From positions 308,206 through 372,205 of the forward strand of contig CAVRQL010000021.1 of NCBI GenBank assembly GCA_963723395.1: a DNA stretch of 64,000 bases, written 5' to 3'. The notes under the pieces are model-generated. The model was not told where the DNA came from, did not search any database, and worked only from the letters and a program-made list of their open reading frames with translations. This document shows positions 1 through 9,518 of the stretch, piece by piece. Numbering within the stretch: the stretch's first letter is position 1; each line of letters begins with the position of its first letter. This DNA comes from an uncultured Solirubrobacteraceae bacterium (lineage in GTDB: Bacteria; Actinomycetota; Thermoleophilia; Solirubrobacterales; Solirubrobacteraceae). Both the position numbers and the translations under genes were made by a program.

Positions 1-818
1 GCCCGGCCTCGTCGGCCTCGACACGGTCCAGCGACTCGGTGACGTAGAGCTCGGCGACGCGGGCGCTCGTGACCGTCCCGTCCGCACGGCACCACGCGAT
101 CGGCGCGCCGCGTGCGGATGGTCCCGTTGCGCACGCGGCAGATCGCGAGGCGTCCCAGGTAGGGCGAGGCGTCGAGGTTGGTGACGTGCGCCTGGAGCGG
201 GTGGCCCTCCTCGTAGGCGGGGGAGGGGATGTAGGAGACGAGGAGGTCCAGGAGCGGCTTGAGGTCGGTGCCCTCGACGCCCTCCTCCATCGACGCCCAG
301 CCCGCGCGGGCGTTCGTGTAGACGATGGGGAACTCGATCTGGTCCTCGCGCGCGTCGAGATCGATGAACAGCTCGTAGACCTCGTCGATGACCTCGGCGA
401 TCCGCGCGTCCGGGCGGTCGACCTTGTTGACCACGAGGATCACCGGCAGGTGCGACTCGAGCGCCTTGCGCAGCACGAAGCGCGTCTGGGGGAGCGGGCC
501 CTCGGAGGCGTCGACGAGCAGGAGCACGCCGTCGACCATCGTCAGGCCGCGCTCGACCTCGCCGCCGAAGTCCGCGTGGCCGGGCGTGTCGACGATGTTG
601 AGCTTCACGTCGCCATGACGCACCGCCGTGTTCTTGGCGAGGATCGTGATGCCCTTCTCGCGCTCCAGGTCCATCGAGTCCATGACGCGCTCGTCGACGT
701 CCTGGTTGGCCCGGAACGCGCCGCTCTGCCACAGCATCGCGTCGACCAGCGTCGTCTTGCCGTGGTCGACGTGGGCGATGATCGCGACGTTGCGGAGGTC
801 CTGGCGGAGAGCGGACAT
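1..818 (-). CDS. typA: GTP-binding translational GTPase TypA/BipA, N-terminal ~272 aa; gene continues beyond the window start
   Basis: Reverse-strand translation from the ATG (complement at 816-818) reads [36 protein letters not shown]...[18 protein letters not shown], the G1-G3 motifs typical of TypA/BipA (not the LepA signature). The forward ORF 69..827 is its antisense artefact. Confidence 0.85.
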   Translation of the reverse strand, partial: MSALRQDLRNVAIIAHVDHGKTTLVDAMLWQSGAFRANQDVDERVMDSMDLEREKGITILAKNTAVRHGDVKLNIVDTPGHADFGGEVERGLTMVDGVLLLVDASEGPLPQTRFVLRKALESHLPVILVVNKVDRPDARIAEVIDEVYELFIDLDAREDQIEFPIVYTNARAGWASMEEGVEGTDLKPLLDLLVSYIPSPAYEEGHPLQAHVTNLDASPYLGRLAICRVRNGTIRTRRADRVVPCGRDGHERPRRRALRHRVAGPCRGRRGR

Positions 819-891
819 GGCCGCTGAACTCTAGAAGCCCGCCGTTTAGCAGGCCCCGAAACCGGTGATCGTGGTTTCACAGGGATGAATA

Positions 892-907
892 CCGTTCCGT
901 GGAACGG
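892..907. promoter_or_regulatory. Inverted repeat CCGTTCC-GT-GGAACGG, candidate operator upstream of the MFS transporter gene
   Basis: Perfect 7-bp inverted repeat with 2-nt spacer read directly from the sequence, about 25-40 nt upstream of ATG 932. The ATG has a GGAGG Shine-Dalgarno 8 nt upstream, whereas the ORF-track GTG at 899 lies inside the palindrome. Confidence 0.4.
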
Positions 908-931
908 AAAGCGGGCTGGGGAGGCAGACAC

Positions 932-2299
932 ATGAGCGGGACAAACGGCCACAAGCCGGACGACTCGATGCTCAAGCGCGTCGTCGCGGGAGCGACGGTC
1001 GGCACCGCGCTGGAGTGGTACGACTTCTTCATCTACGGCACGGCGGCGGCGCTCGTGTTCGGCGACCTGTTCTTCTCGGACGCCGTGCCGGGGGCCGGGA
1101 CGCTGGTCGCGTTCGCGACGTTCGGCGTCGGCTTCGTCGCCCGGCCGTTCGGCGGGGTCCTGTTCGGCCACCTCGGCGACAGGATCGGGCGTCGCGAGAC
1201 GCTGATCATCACGACGCTCGTCATGGGACTGTCGACGGGCTGCATCGGCCTGCTGCCGACCTATGAGTCGATCGGCATCTGGGCCCCGATCCTGCTCGTG
1301 ACGCTGCGCGTCTTCCAGGGTCTCGGCGCCGGCGCGGAGTTCGGCGGCGCGTCCACGCTGCTCGCCGAGCACGCCCCGAAGGAGCGGCGCGGGTTCTTCT
1401 GCTCGTTCGCCCAGACCGGCGTGCAGATCGGCCTCGTGCTCGGCACCGTCTCGTTCCTGCTCGTCGGCCTGCTGCCCGACGACCAGCTCAACGCGTGGGG
1501 CTGGCGGATCCCGTTCCTGCTCGGCTTCGTGATGATCGCCGTCGCGCTGTGGGTGCGCCTGCGCGTCGAGGAGTCGCCGGTGTTCAAGGAGGTCCAGGCG
1601 AGCCAGAAGGTCGTCAAGCTCCCGATCGTCGAAGCCGTCAAGAACTACCCGCGCAGCGTGCTGGTCGGCATCGGCGCGCACGTGTGCGACACCGCGGCCG
1701 CCTACATGTACGCGACGTTCACCGTCGCCTACGCGACCGACCAGCTCGACATGTCGCGCAGCGTCGTGCTCGGGGCGGTGGTGACCTACGGCCTGCTGGT
1801 GATCGCGCTGCAGCCCTTCTTCGGCAACCTCTCCGATCGCATCGGCCGGCGCCCGATCAACCTGTTCGGCGTCATCTTCACGGCGCTGTGGGCGTTCCCG
1901 TTCTTCGCGCTCGTGCAGACGGGAGAGCCCGTGCTGGTGTGGATCGCGCTGATCGTCGCCGCCACCGTCGGCTGGGCGCCGATGATCGCGGTGCAGCCGG
2001 CCTTCTACGCCGAGCTGTTCGGCGCGCGGGTGCGCTACACGGGCTTCGCGACCTCGCGCGAGCTGGGCGCGGCGATCGCCGGCTTCTCGCCGCTCGTGGC
2101 GGCCGCGCTGCTCTCCGCCAACAACGACGAGCCGTGGCTCGTCGCGGCGTTCTTCGTCGGCCTCTCGCTGGTGTCGCTCGTCGCGTTCCTGTATTCCGTC
2201 GAGACGAAGGACGTGGACATCCACGAGATCGACCCGACCCAGCAGGAGCTGGTCGCCGCGACCCCGACGGAGCAGCCGGTGCTGACCACACAGCGTTGA
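932..2299 (+). CDS. MFS transporter, metabolite:H+ symporter (ProP/MHS-like) family
   Basis: 12-TM-like hydrophobic profile; motifs GTALEWYDFFIYGTAAALVFG and GHLGDRIGRRETLIIT are typical of the MHS family. Start placed at ATG 932 (GGAGG SD) rather than GTG 899. Confidence 0.8.
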   Translation: MSGTNGHKPDDSMLKRVVAGATVGTALEWYDFFIYGTAAALVFGDLFFSDAVPGAGTLVAFATFGVGFVARPFGGVLFGHLGDRIGRRETLIITTLVMGLSTGCIGLLPTYESIGIWAPILLVTLRVFQGLGAGAEFGGASTLLAEHAPKERRGFFCSFAQTGVQIGLVLGTVSFLLVGLLPDDQLNAWGWRIPFLLGFVMIAVALWVRLRVEESPVFKEVQASQKVVKLPIVEAVKNYPRSVLVGIGAHVCDTAAAYMYATFTVAYATDQLDMSRSVVLGAVVTYGLLVIALQPFFGNLSDRIGRRPINLFGVIFTALWAFPFFALVQTGEPVLVWIALIVAATVGWAPMIAVQPAFYAELFGARVRYTGFATSRELGAAIAGFSPLVAAALLSANNDEPWLVAAFFVGLSLVSLVAFLYSVETKDVDIHEIDPTQQELVAATPTEQPVLTTQR

Positions 2300-3369
2300 A
2301 GCGCATCGTCCACCTCGGCCTGGGCGCGTTCCACCGCGCCCACCAGGCGGTCTACACCGAGGACGCCGGCGGCTGGGAGATCACCGGGGTGGCCCAGCAC
2401 AGCCGGACGACGATCGACGCGCTGCGCGCCGACGGCCATCGCTACGCGGTGCTCGAGCGCGGGCCGGAGGAGGACCGCGCGCGCGTGATCTCGACCATCA
2501 CCGACAGCCTGCACGCGCCGAGCGAGGCCGAGCGGCTGACCGAGCTGATCGCCTCGCCGGACACCCACGTCGTCACGCTCACGGTCACCGAGGCCGCCTA
2601 CGAGCCCGGAAGCGGCCCGGTGGAGCAGCTCGCCCGCGGGCTTGCCGAGCGCGACGGCCCTCCGCTGGCGATCGTCTCCTGCGACAACGTGCCGCGCAAC
2701 GGCGAGCGACTGCGCGAGCTGCTCGCCGATCGCTGCGACGTCTCCGGCGCCGACTTCCCGAGCACGATGGTCGACCGGATCGTGCCCGCGACGACCGACG
2801 CCGACCGCGAGGTCGCCCGCCGCCTCACCGGCGTCGGCGGCGCCGCCGTGGTCGGCGAGCCGTTCACGCAGTGGGTGATCGAGGACGCGTTCCGCGGCGA
2901 GCGGCCCGCCTGGGAGGACGCCGGCGCGCTGCTCGTCGCCGACACCGCTCCTTATGAGCTGATGAAGCTGCGGCTGATCAACGCGGCGCACTCCGCGCTC
3001 GCACAGCTCGGGCTGGAGGCCGGCCACGAGACGGTCGCCGAGGCCGTCGCCGACGACGGGCTGCGCGAGTTCGTCGAGGCGCTGATCGAGGAGGAGCTGG
3101 CGCCGACGGTCGGCGAGGTGCCCGGCATCGACTTCGCCGAGTACCGCGCGTCCGTGTTCGAGCGCTGGGCCAACCCGCGCATCGCCCATCGGCTCGAGCA
3201 GATCGCCACCGGCGCCGAGCAGAAGCTCGCACTGCGGCTGCTGCCGCCGAGGCGCGAGCTGCACGAGCAGGGCATCCAGACGCCGCGGATCGAGCGGGTG
3301 ATCGCGGCGTGGGGCCGCGCGAACGGGCTCAGCCCGGAGGAGGCGCTCGCCGCGCTAGGCGGCGCGTGA
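2296..3369 (+). CDS. Mannitol dehydrogenase family oxidoreductase (mannitol 2-dehydrogenase / D-mannonate or fructuronate oxidoreductase-like)
   Basis: N-terminal Rossmann motif HLGLGAFHRAH, and a C-terminal domain with LINAAHSALAQLG and FERWANPRIAHRLEQIATGAEQKLALRL. A TTG at 2296 is the first in-frame start after the MFS stop. Confidence 0.7.
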   Translation: MKRIVHLGLGAFHRAHQAVYTEDAGGWEITGVAQHSRTTIDALRADGHRYAVLERGPEEDRARVISTITDSLHAPSEAERLTELIASPDTHVVTLTVTEAAYEPGSGPVEQLARGLAERDGPPLAIVSCDNVPRNGERLRELLADRCDVSGADFPSTMVDRIVPATTDADREVARRLTGVGGAAVVGEPFTQWVIEDAFRGERPAWEDAGALLVADTAPYELMKLRLINAAHSALAQLGLEAGHETVAEAVADDGLREFVEALIEEELAPTVGEVPGIDFAEYRASVFERWANPRIAHRLEQIATGAEQKLALRLLPPRRELHEQGIQTPRIERVIAAWGRANGLSPEEALAALGGA

Positions 3370-4116
3370 GGCGCCGAGCGTCTCGCTGAGCGCGTCGGCG
3401 GCGGCGACCACGCGCGGGCCGAGCGCGATCGCGTCGTCGTAGGTGAGCTCGACCGTCAGCGCCGACACGCTGACCGCACCGGCCGGGCGGCCGCGATGGT
3501 CGACCACCGCCGCGCCGACGCAGCGGATGTTGCGCTCGTTCTCCTCGTCGTCGATCGCGAAGCGCCGGTCGCGGACGCGGGCCAGCTCGGTGCGGATCGA
3601 CGCCGTGGTGACGAGCGTGTTCGGCGTGCGGCGGACGAGCCGGCGGCGCCCGAGCAGCGCGCGGGCGTCCTCCGCGGACATCGCGGCGAGCATCGCCTTG
3701 CCGATCGCGGTGCAGTGCAGCGGGATCCGCCCGCCGACGCGCGAGGCGGTCTGGTAGGGCAGATCGGGGTCGACGAGCTTCTCGACGTAGACCGCCTCGT
3801 CGCCCGAGAGCATCGCGAAGTGCACCGTGTGGCCGACGTCGCCGTGCAGCGCGCGCAGCACGGTCCGCGCGGCCGGGCCCGCGTCGAGCTGGTCGAGCAT
3901 CCCGCCCGCCATCGCCAGGATGCGCGGGCCGAGCACGTACACGCCGTCGCCCTGGGCGCGCGCGTAGCCGCGCTCGACGAGCCGCTTGAGGATCCGGTGG
4001 ACCGTCGACTTGGGCAGCTCGGCGCGCGCGGCGATGCTGCCGAGCCGGCTGCCGCCGTCGGACTGCGTGGTGCCGAGCGCGTCGAGCACGCTGAGGGTCT
4101 TCTCCGCTGCGTCCAT
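3355..4116 (-). CDS. IclR family transcriptional regulator
   Basis: N-terminal wHTH (LSVLDALG...LPKSTVHRILKRLVERGY) plus an IclR effector-binding C-terminal domain. It is convergent with and overlaps the end of the dehydrogenase gene. Confidence 0.85.
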   Translation of the reverse strand: MDAAEKTLSVLDALGTTQSDGGSRLGSIAARAELPKSTVHRILKRLVERGYARAQGDGVYVLGPRILAMAGGMLDQLDAGPAARTVLRALHGDVGHTVHFAMLSGDEAVYVEKLVDPDLPYQTASRVGGRIPLHCTAIGKAMLAAMSAEDARALLGRRRLVRRTPNTLVTTASIRTELARVRDRRFAIDDEENERNIRCVGAAVVDHRGRPAGAVSVSALTVELTYDDAIALGPRVVAAADALSETLGASRAA

Positions 4117-4158
4117 TCCCGTTCCGCCTGGCGAAACAGGCTAGCTGAACGGCTTCCG

Positions 4159-6432
4159 CTACCCGCGCGCGGTCACCAGCTCAGAGAGCGCCCCGATCAG
4201 CGCCCGCGGCAGGCCCTGGGCGTGCAGCTCCGCGAGGATCGCCGCCGCCGGGCGACCCGAGGTCAGCGCGCTCCAGGCCGCGGCCTTCTCCTCGTGGCCG
4301 TACTGCGCGCCGCTGAGCACCGCGAGCAATGCATCCGCGCGGTCCGGCGTGTGGGGCCGCGGGTCCCGGCCCACCTCGACGCGACCCGACCCGCTGACCG
4401 TCTCCGGGTCGCGCTCGAGCCCGAGGAACCGGACCGTCCACGTGCGCTCGGCCGAAACGATGCCGTGCGGGTCGTCGGGCGCCTCGATGGTCAGCACGCC
4501 GGCCTCCTGGTCCCAGCGGATCGACGTCCGCGCCGCCGGGACGTCCTCGGGCGTGGCGCCGGTGCCGTCGTCCTCGATCAGCGTGAACGCGCCGTCGGCG
4601 CCGGGGGCGACGAGCAGCTCCAGGTGCTCGGGGTTGCGGGTCGCGTCCAGCTCGTCCTCGGCGGCCAGCGGCAGGATGCCGCCGCCGCGCAGCAGCGCCG
4701 GGATCGTGCTCCCGTCGCGGTGCAGCTCGATCTCGCGATCGCCTTCGTAGACGGTCCCGGTGAAGACGTCGATCCACACGCCGGGCGGGAGCCACGCGCG
4801 CACCGAGCCCATCAGCGTGACGGGGTCGCGCGGCGTGGTGATCGGCGCGACGACCATCTCGGAGCCGAAGCCGAACTGGTTCGGCACGTCGTAGGCGCGC
4901 GGGTCGCGCGGCGCGAGGTGGTACATCGGCCGCACGAGCGGCGTACCGGCCGCGGCGCGGTGGTTCATCGTGTGCAGGTAGGGCACGAGCCGGTGCCGGA
5001 ACCGCAGCGCGTCGGTCATCGCCGCGCGTGCCTCCGCCGGGTACATCCACGGCTCCTTGAGCAGGAACTGGTTGCTCGAGGAGTGCAGGCGCAGGATCGG
5101 CGAGAACAGGCCGAGCTGCACCCAGCGCGTGGCCAGCTCGTCGTCGCGCACGCCGAACAGGTGGCCGCCGACGTCGTGGCTCCACCAGCCGTAGCCGACG
5201 TTGGACGCGGTCGCCGTGAACTCCGGCTGGAACTGCAGCGACGCCCACGAGACCACCGTGTCGCCGGAGAAGCCGACCGGGTAGCGATGGCTGCCGGGCC
5301 CGGCGTAGCGGGAGAACGTCAGCGGCCGGCGGCCGTCGCGGCCCGAGTCGAGGAAGTGGAAGTGGTTGAGCATCCACAGCGGGTCGATGCCGGCGATCCG
5401 CGAGTAGGAGCCCTGCTGCCAGTCGAGCCACCAGAAGTCGACGCCCTCGTCCTCGAGCCCGTGGTGGAGGACGTCGAAGTACGCCTCCAGGAACGCGCGG
5501 TCGGTGATGTCGAAGGCGATCGGCTCCCCGGAGGAGGCGTCGCGCCCGAGCGCCTCGGCCATGGCGGGGTAGGCGTCCTCGAAGGCGCGCACGCCGTCGG
5601 CCGGGTGGACGTTGAGCGTCACGCGCAGCCCGCGCCGGTGCAGCTCGGCCAGGAACGCCTCCGGGTCCGGGAACAGCTCCGGCTCCCAGCTGTAGCCGGT
5701 CCAGCCCGAGCCCTGCTCCTCGGGCACCGAGTCGACCCGGTGCCAGTCCATGTCGATCACCGCCACCGAGAACGGCAGCCCCTCGGCCTCGAAGCGGTCC
5801 ATCAGCGCCAGGTAGGACTCGTCGCTGTAGCGGTGGTAGCGGCTCCACCAGTTGCCGAGCGCCCAGCGCGGGAGCACCGGCGGGCGGCCCGAGACCGCGT
5901 AGTAGGCCTCCAGCGCCGCGTCGTAGTCGTGCCCGTAGGCGAACACGTAGATGTCGGCGCCGCCGTCGCCGCGCGTGCTGACCCAGCCGTCCTCGGTGAA
6001 CAGGAACGAGCGCGAGTCGTCGAGCGCGGCGATGCCGACCCGCGAGAGGATCCCCGGCTCGTACTCGGCGCGCCCGTCGACGTTGTCCAGCGTGCGGACG
6101 GTCCCGCCGAGGTCGGGCGCGGGCTCGCCGGGGCGCCAGACGCCGTGGTAGTTGGAGACGTTGCCGCGCACCTGCACGCTCAGGCCCGCGGGCGTGAACG
6201 GTCCGCGGTCGTAGACGAGCCGCAGCCGGTCGGTGACCAGCTCCAGCGCGGCCTCGCCGTCGACGACGTCGAAGTCGGGCACGGGCAGGTCGCGGTTGAG
6301 CGCGAAGGTCGAAGCGCGGTCCTCGAAGACGCCGTCGTCCGCCCATTCGAGGCGGACGAGGCCCTCGGTCAGCACGGTGATGCGCCAGCGGTCGCCACGG
6401 ACGACGGCCTCGGGCCGTGCGACGGGCGACAT
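4159..6432 (-). CDS. Glycoside hydrolase family 31 (alpha-glucosidase / alpha-xylosidase-like)
   Basis: 758-aa intact ORF with GH31 signatures WLDWQQG and GYGWWSHDVGGH and a catalytic-region layout like YicI-type enzymes. Start MSPVARP (complement of 6430-6432) was chosen instead of the long upstream extension to 7020. Confidence 0.8.
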   Translation of the reverse strand: MSPVARPEAVVRGDRWRITVLTEGLVRLEWADDGVFEDRASTFALNRDLPVPDFDVVDGEAALELVTDRLRLVYDRGPFTPAGLSVQVRGNVSNYHGVWRPGEPAPDLGGTVRTLDNVDGRAEYEPGILSRVGIAALDDSRSFLFTEDGWVSTRGDGGADIYVFAYGHDYDAALEAYYAVSGRPPVLPRWALGNWWSRYHRYSDESYLALMDRFEAEGLPFSVAVIDMDWHRVDSVPEEQGSGWTGYSWEPELFPDPEAFLAELHRRGLRVTLNVHPADGVRAFEDAYPAMAEALGRDASSGEPIAFDITDRAFLEAYFDVLHHGLEDEGVDFWWLDWQQGSYSRIAGIDPLWMLNHFHFLDSGRDGRRPLTFSRYAGPGSHRYPVGFSGDTVVSWASLQFQPEFTATASNVGYGWWSHDVGGHLFGVRDDELATRWVQLGLFSPILRLHSSSNQFLLKEPWMYPAEARAAMTDALRFRHRLVPYLHTMNHRAAAGTPLVRPMYHLAPRDPRAYDVPNQFGFGSEMVVAPITTPRDPVTLMGSVRAWLPPGVWIDVFTGTVYEGDREIELHRDGSTIPALLRGGGILPLAAEDELDATRNPEHLELLVAPGADGAFTLIEDDGTGATPEDVPAARTSIRWDQEAGVLTIEAPDDPHGIVSAERTWTVRFLGLERDPETVSGSGRVEVGRDPRPHTPDRADALLAVLSGAQYGHEEKAAAWSALTSGRPAAAILAELHAQGLPRALIGALSELVTARG

Positions 6433-6474
6433 GGGAAGACGAAGATGTGAGTGCAAGCCCGGCATGATGGCGAC

Positions 6475-7170
6475 ATGCCCGAGTTGTCTGTGCAGCTGTA
6501 CTCGATCCGCGACGCCATCGCCGCGGATCTCGAGGGGTCGCTGGAGCGCATCGCCGCCATCGGCCTGACCAACGTGGAGCCGTTCGACCTCAGCGACCCG
6601 AGGCGCCTGCGGGCCGCGCTCGACGCCAACGGACTCGCCGCGCCGAGCGCGCACTCGCGCCTCGACGAGGACCTCGACCGCGTGCTGGAGGCCGCCGCGG
6701 CGGTCGGCGTGCGCACGCTCGTGCACCCGTTCTGCGCGCCGGAGCAGTGGGCGGACGGCGCGGACGCGCTGGCCGACACGCTGGCCGCGGCGGCCAAGCC
6801 GGCCGCGGAGTACGGGATCGAGCTCGCCTACCACAACCACCACTGGGAGTCGGGCGACTCGCTCGAGCGCTTCGCCGACCGCTCGGGCGCGATGCTCGAG
6901 CTCGACACCTACTGGGCGGCCGTCGGCGGCGAGGACGTCCCGGCGCTGCTGGGGCGGCTCGGCGAACGCGTCCGCCTCCTGCACCTCAAGGACGGGCCGG
7001 TCGACACCGAGAACGAGCACCAGCTGCCGCTCGGCCAGGGCGCCATGCGGGTGCCCGAGATCCTGGCGGCCGCCGGCGCGGCGGAGCTCGGCGTGCTCGA
7101 GTTCGACGCCTACGCGGGCGACCTGTTCGAGGGCATCGCCGCCGGCTTCGAGTACGCGCGCGGCCTGTGA
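6475..7170 (+). CDS. Sugar phosphate isomerase/epimerase (xylose-isomerase-like TIM barrel)
   Basis: MPELSVQLYSIRD... and YHNHHWE are typical of the AP endonuclease 2 / xylose isomerase-like fold. It is divergent from the GH31 gene. Confidence 0.7.
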   Translation: MPELSVQLYSIRDAIAADLEGSLERIAAIGLTNVEPFDLSDPRRLRAALDANGLAAPSAHSRLDEDLDRVLEAAAAVGVRTLVHPFCAPEQWADGADALADTLAAAAKPAAEYGIELAYHNHHWESGDSLERFADRSGAMLELDTYWAAVGGEDVPALLGRLGERVRLLHLKDGPVDTENEHQLPLGQGAMRVPEILAAAGAAELGVLEFDAYAGDLFEGIAAGFEYARGL

Positions 7171-8264
7171 GCGGGCCGGTCGGCGTCGGGGTCGTCGGCG
7201 CGGGGAAGATCAGCGACCAGTACCTGGCCAACATCGCGGGGTTCCCGGACCTCGACGTCCGGTTCGTGGGCGACCTGCGCCCGGATGCGGCGCGCGCCCA
7301 GGCCGAGGCGTTCGGCGTCCCCGGGCACGGCACCGCGGAGGAGTGCCTGGCGCGCGACGACGTCGAGCTCGTCCTCAACCTCACCGTGCCGGTCGCGCAT
7401 GCCGAGGTGACCTCGGCGGCGCTCGCCGCGGGCAAGCACGTGTGGACGGAGAAGCCGATCACGCTCGACCTGGCCTCGGCCGAGGCGCTCGTCGCCCAGG
7501 CCGCCGACGCCGGGCTGCTGCTCGGCAGCGCGCCCGACACCATCCTCGGGCCGGGCCTGCAGACCGTCCGCCGCGTGATCTCCTCGGGCGCCATCGGCAC
7601 GCCGCTGACCGCCTCGGTCGTCATGCAGTACGCCGGGCCGCACCTGTGGCATCCGAACCCCGACTTCCTCTTCCAGACGGGCGCCGGGCCGCTGTTCGAC
7701 ATGGGGCCCTACTACCTGACCGCGCTCACCCAGGTGCTCGGGCCGATCACCCGCGTGGCGGCGCGCGGCGGCAGCGCGGGGCCGACGCGCGTCATCGGCT
7801 CCGGCCCGCGGGCCGGCGAGGAGATCCCCGTCGAGGTGCCGACCTACGTCGCCGCCCTCTACGACTTCGCCTCCGAGGGCGTCGCGTCGGCGACGTTCAG
7901 CTTCGACTCGCCGCTCAAGCGCACCGGCGTGGTGGAGATCGCGGGGACCGAGGCGACGATCGCGGCGCCGGACCCGAACAACTTCACCGGCGAGGTCCGC
8001 ATCACCCGCGGCGACGACGAGTGGGAGCCGGTCGCGGTCACGGGCGTCGAGGGCGGCCGCGGCATCGGCGCGGTCGACATGGCGCGGGCGATCCGCGGCG
8101 GCGGGAGCCACCGCGCGACAGGACGGCTCGGGCTGCACGTGCTCGACGCCATGCTCGCCACGCAGGAGTCGATCGAGACCGGCGCGTTCGTGGCGGTGGC
8201 GACGACCTTCGACCCGGTCGCCGCGCTCCCCGAGGGGTGGGATCCGACGGAGGCGACGCTCTGA
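7167..8264 (+). CDS. Gfo/Idh/MocA family NAD(P)-dependent oxidoreductase
   Basis: GTG start overlaps the previous stop (GTGA). N-terminal Rossmann motif VGVGVVGAGKIS and VWTEKP are Gfo/Idh/MocA hallmarks. Confidence 0.8.
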   Translation: MSGPVGVGVVGAGKISDQYLANIAGFPDLDVRFVGDLRPDAARAQAEAFGVPGHGTAEECLARDDVELVLNLTVPVAHAEVTSAALAAGKHVWTEKPITLDLASAEALVAQAADAGLLLGSAPDTILGPGLQTVRRVISSGAIGTPLTASVVMQYAGPHLWHPNPDFLFQTGAGPLFDMGPYYLTALTQVLGPITRVAARGGSAGPTRVIGSGPRAGEEIPVEVPTYVAALYDFASEGVASATFSFDSPLKRTGVVEIAGTEATIAAPDPNNFTGEVRITRGDDEWEPVAVTGVEGGRGIGAVDMARAIRGGGSHRATGRLGLHVLDAMLATQESIETGAFVAVATTFDPVAALPEGWDPTEATL

Positions 8265-8271
8265 GGGAACT

Positions 8272-8288
8272 CCTACCGCGTTGGTAGG
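8272..8288. promoter_or_regulatory. Palindrome CCTACC-GCGTT-GGTAGG, candidate Rrf2 operator
   Basis: Perfect 6-bp inverted repeat 12 nt upstream of the Rrf2 regulator ATG (8300), at the head of the sufCSU operon. Confidence 0.45.
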
Positions 8289-8299
8289 CTTTATCGCCG

Positions 8300-8758
8300 A
8301 TGATCTTCACCACGAAGGCGGAGTACGGGGTCCGGCTGCTGATCCAGCTCGGGCTCCAGGGAACGGGGTCGCCGGTCAGCCTGAAGGCGGTGGCGGCCGC
8401 GGAGAACCTCCCGCTCGCATACCTCGAGCGGATCGCCGCGCTGCTCAAGAAGGCCGGCCTGGTCAGCTCGACGCGCGGCGCCCACGGCGGCTACGTGCTC
8501 GCCCGCCCCGCCGAGGAGATCACGATGGACTCGGTGGTGCTCGCGCTCGAGGGCGCGATCGCCCCGATGGACTGCTTCGTCGACGACCGCGAGGCCCGCG
8601 TGCAGTGCTCGCACACCAGCGACGCACAGCACTGCGCCACCAAGCTGCTGTGGACGCGCGTGCAGATGGGCGTCATCAAGTCCCTGCAGCGCACCACCCT
8701 CGCCGAGCTCGTCGAGTTCGCGAATCCTGCTGAAACCCACTTGGAGATCCATGGCTGA
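8300..8758 (+). CDS. Rrf2 family transcriptional regulator (IscR/NsrR-like) heading the sufCSU genes
   Basis: MIFTTKAEYGVRLLIQLG and the wHTH motif SLKAVAAAENLPLAYLERIAALLKKAGLVSSTRGAHGGYVLAR. Cys residues at MDCFV and VQCSHTSDAQHC could ligate a cluster. Confidence 0.85.
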   Translation: MIFTTKAEYGVRLLIQLGLQGTGSPVSLKAVAAAENLPLAYLERIAALLKKAGLVSSTRGAHGGYVLARPAEEITMDSVVLALEGAIAPMDCFVDDREARVQCSHTSDAQHCATKLLWTRVQMGVIKSLQRTTLAELVEFANPAETHLEIHG

Positions 8759-9518
8759 CCTCGAGATCAAGAACCTTCACGTCAACGCGGGCGACAAGGA
8801 GATCCTCAAGGGGGTGGACCTGAAGGTCCGCTCCGGAGAGATCCACGCGATGATGGGCCCGAACGGCTCCGGCAAGTCGACTCTCGCGAACGCGATCATG
8901 GGTCATCCGGGCCTGGACGTCACCGAGGGCTCGATCCACTTCGACGGCCAGGACATCACCGAGGCCGACCCGGACGAGCGCGCCCGCTCCGGCCTGTTCA
9001 TGGCCTTCCAGTACCCGGTCGCGATCCCGGGCGTGACGACCGCCAAGTACCTGCGCATGGTCATGAACGCGCACCGCGAGGCGCGCGGCGAGCAGCCGAT
9101 CTCGCTGAAGGACTTCCGCAAGACGGTCGAGGCCGCGATGGAGCTCACGCACGTCCCGAAGGAGTTCTCCTCGCGCTACATCAACGACGGCTTCTCGGGC
9201 GGCGAGAAGAAGCGCATGGAGATCCTCCAGCTCGCGCTCCAGCAGCCCAAGCTGGCCGTGCTCGACGAGACCGACTCCGGCCTGGACATCGACGCGCTGA
9301 ACACCGTCTCGCACGGCGTCAACGTCGTCGCGGGCGAGAGCGGAATGGGCGCGCTGATCATCACCCACTACCAGCGCATCCTGCACCTGGTGAAGCCCGA
9401 GTTCGTCCACATCATGTTCGAGGGGCGGATCGTCAAGGAGGGCGGCCCGGAGCTCGTCGGGGAGCTCGAGAAGCGCGGTTACGGCTGGATCCGCGACGAG
9501 GTCGGAGCGGCCGCGTAA
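8751..9518 (+). CDS. sufC: Fe-S cluster assembly ATPase SufC
   Basis: Walker A GPNGSGKST, the ABC signature FSGGEKKR and the SufC-typical C-terminus. Confidence 0.95.
   Translation: MADLEIKNLHVNAGDKEILKGVDLKVRSGEIHAMMGPNGSGKSTLANAIMGHPGLDVTEGSIHFDGQDITEADPDERARSGLFMAFQYPVAIPGVTTAKYLRMVMNAHREARGEQPISLKDFRKTVEAAMELTHVPKEFSSRYINDGFSGGEKKRMEILQLALQQPKLAVLDETDSGLDIDALNTVSHGVNVVAGESGMGALIITHYQRILHLVKPEFVHIMFEGRIVKEGGPELVGELEKRGYGWIRDEVGAAA

Noticed and set aside
605-2224. Long minus-strand ORF (539 aa) overlapping typA and the MFS gene
   Set aside because: Arg/Ala/Glu/Pro-rich translation typical of antisense frames in high-GC DNA. The opposite strand has clear TypA and MFS homology.
3496-6450. 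984-aa plus-strand ORF and the overlapping 721-aa minus-strand ORF (4181..6346) across the GH31 gene
   Set aside because: Low-complexity R/A/G/P-rich products with no domain signal. The GH31 reading frame on the minus strand carries the recognisable catalytic motifs.
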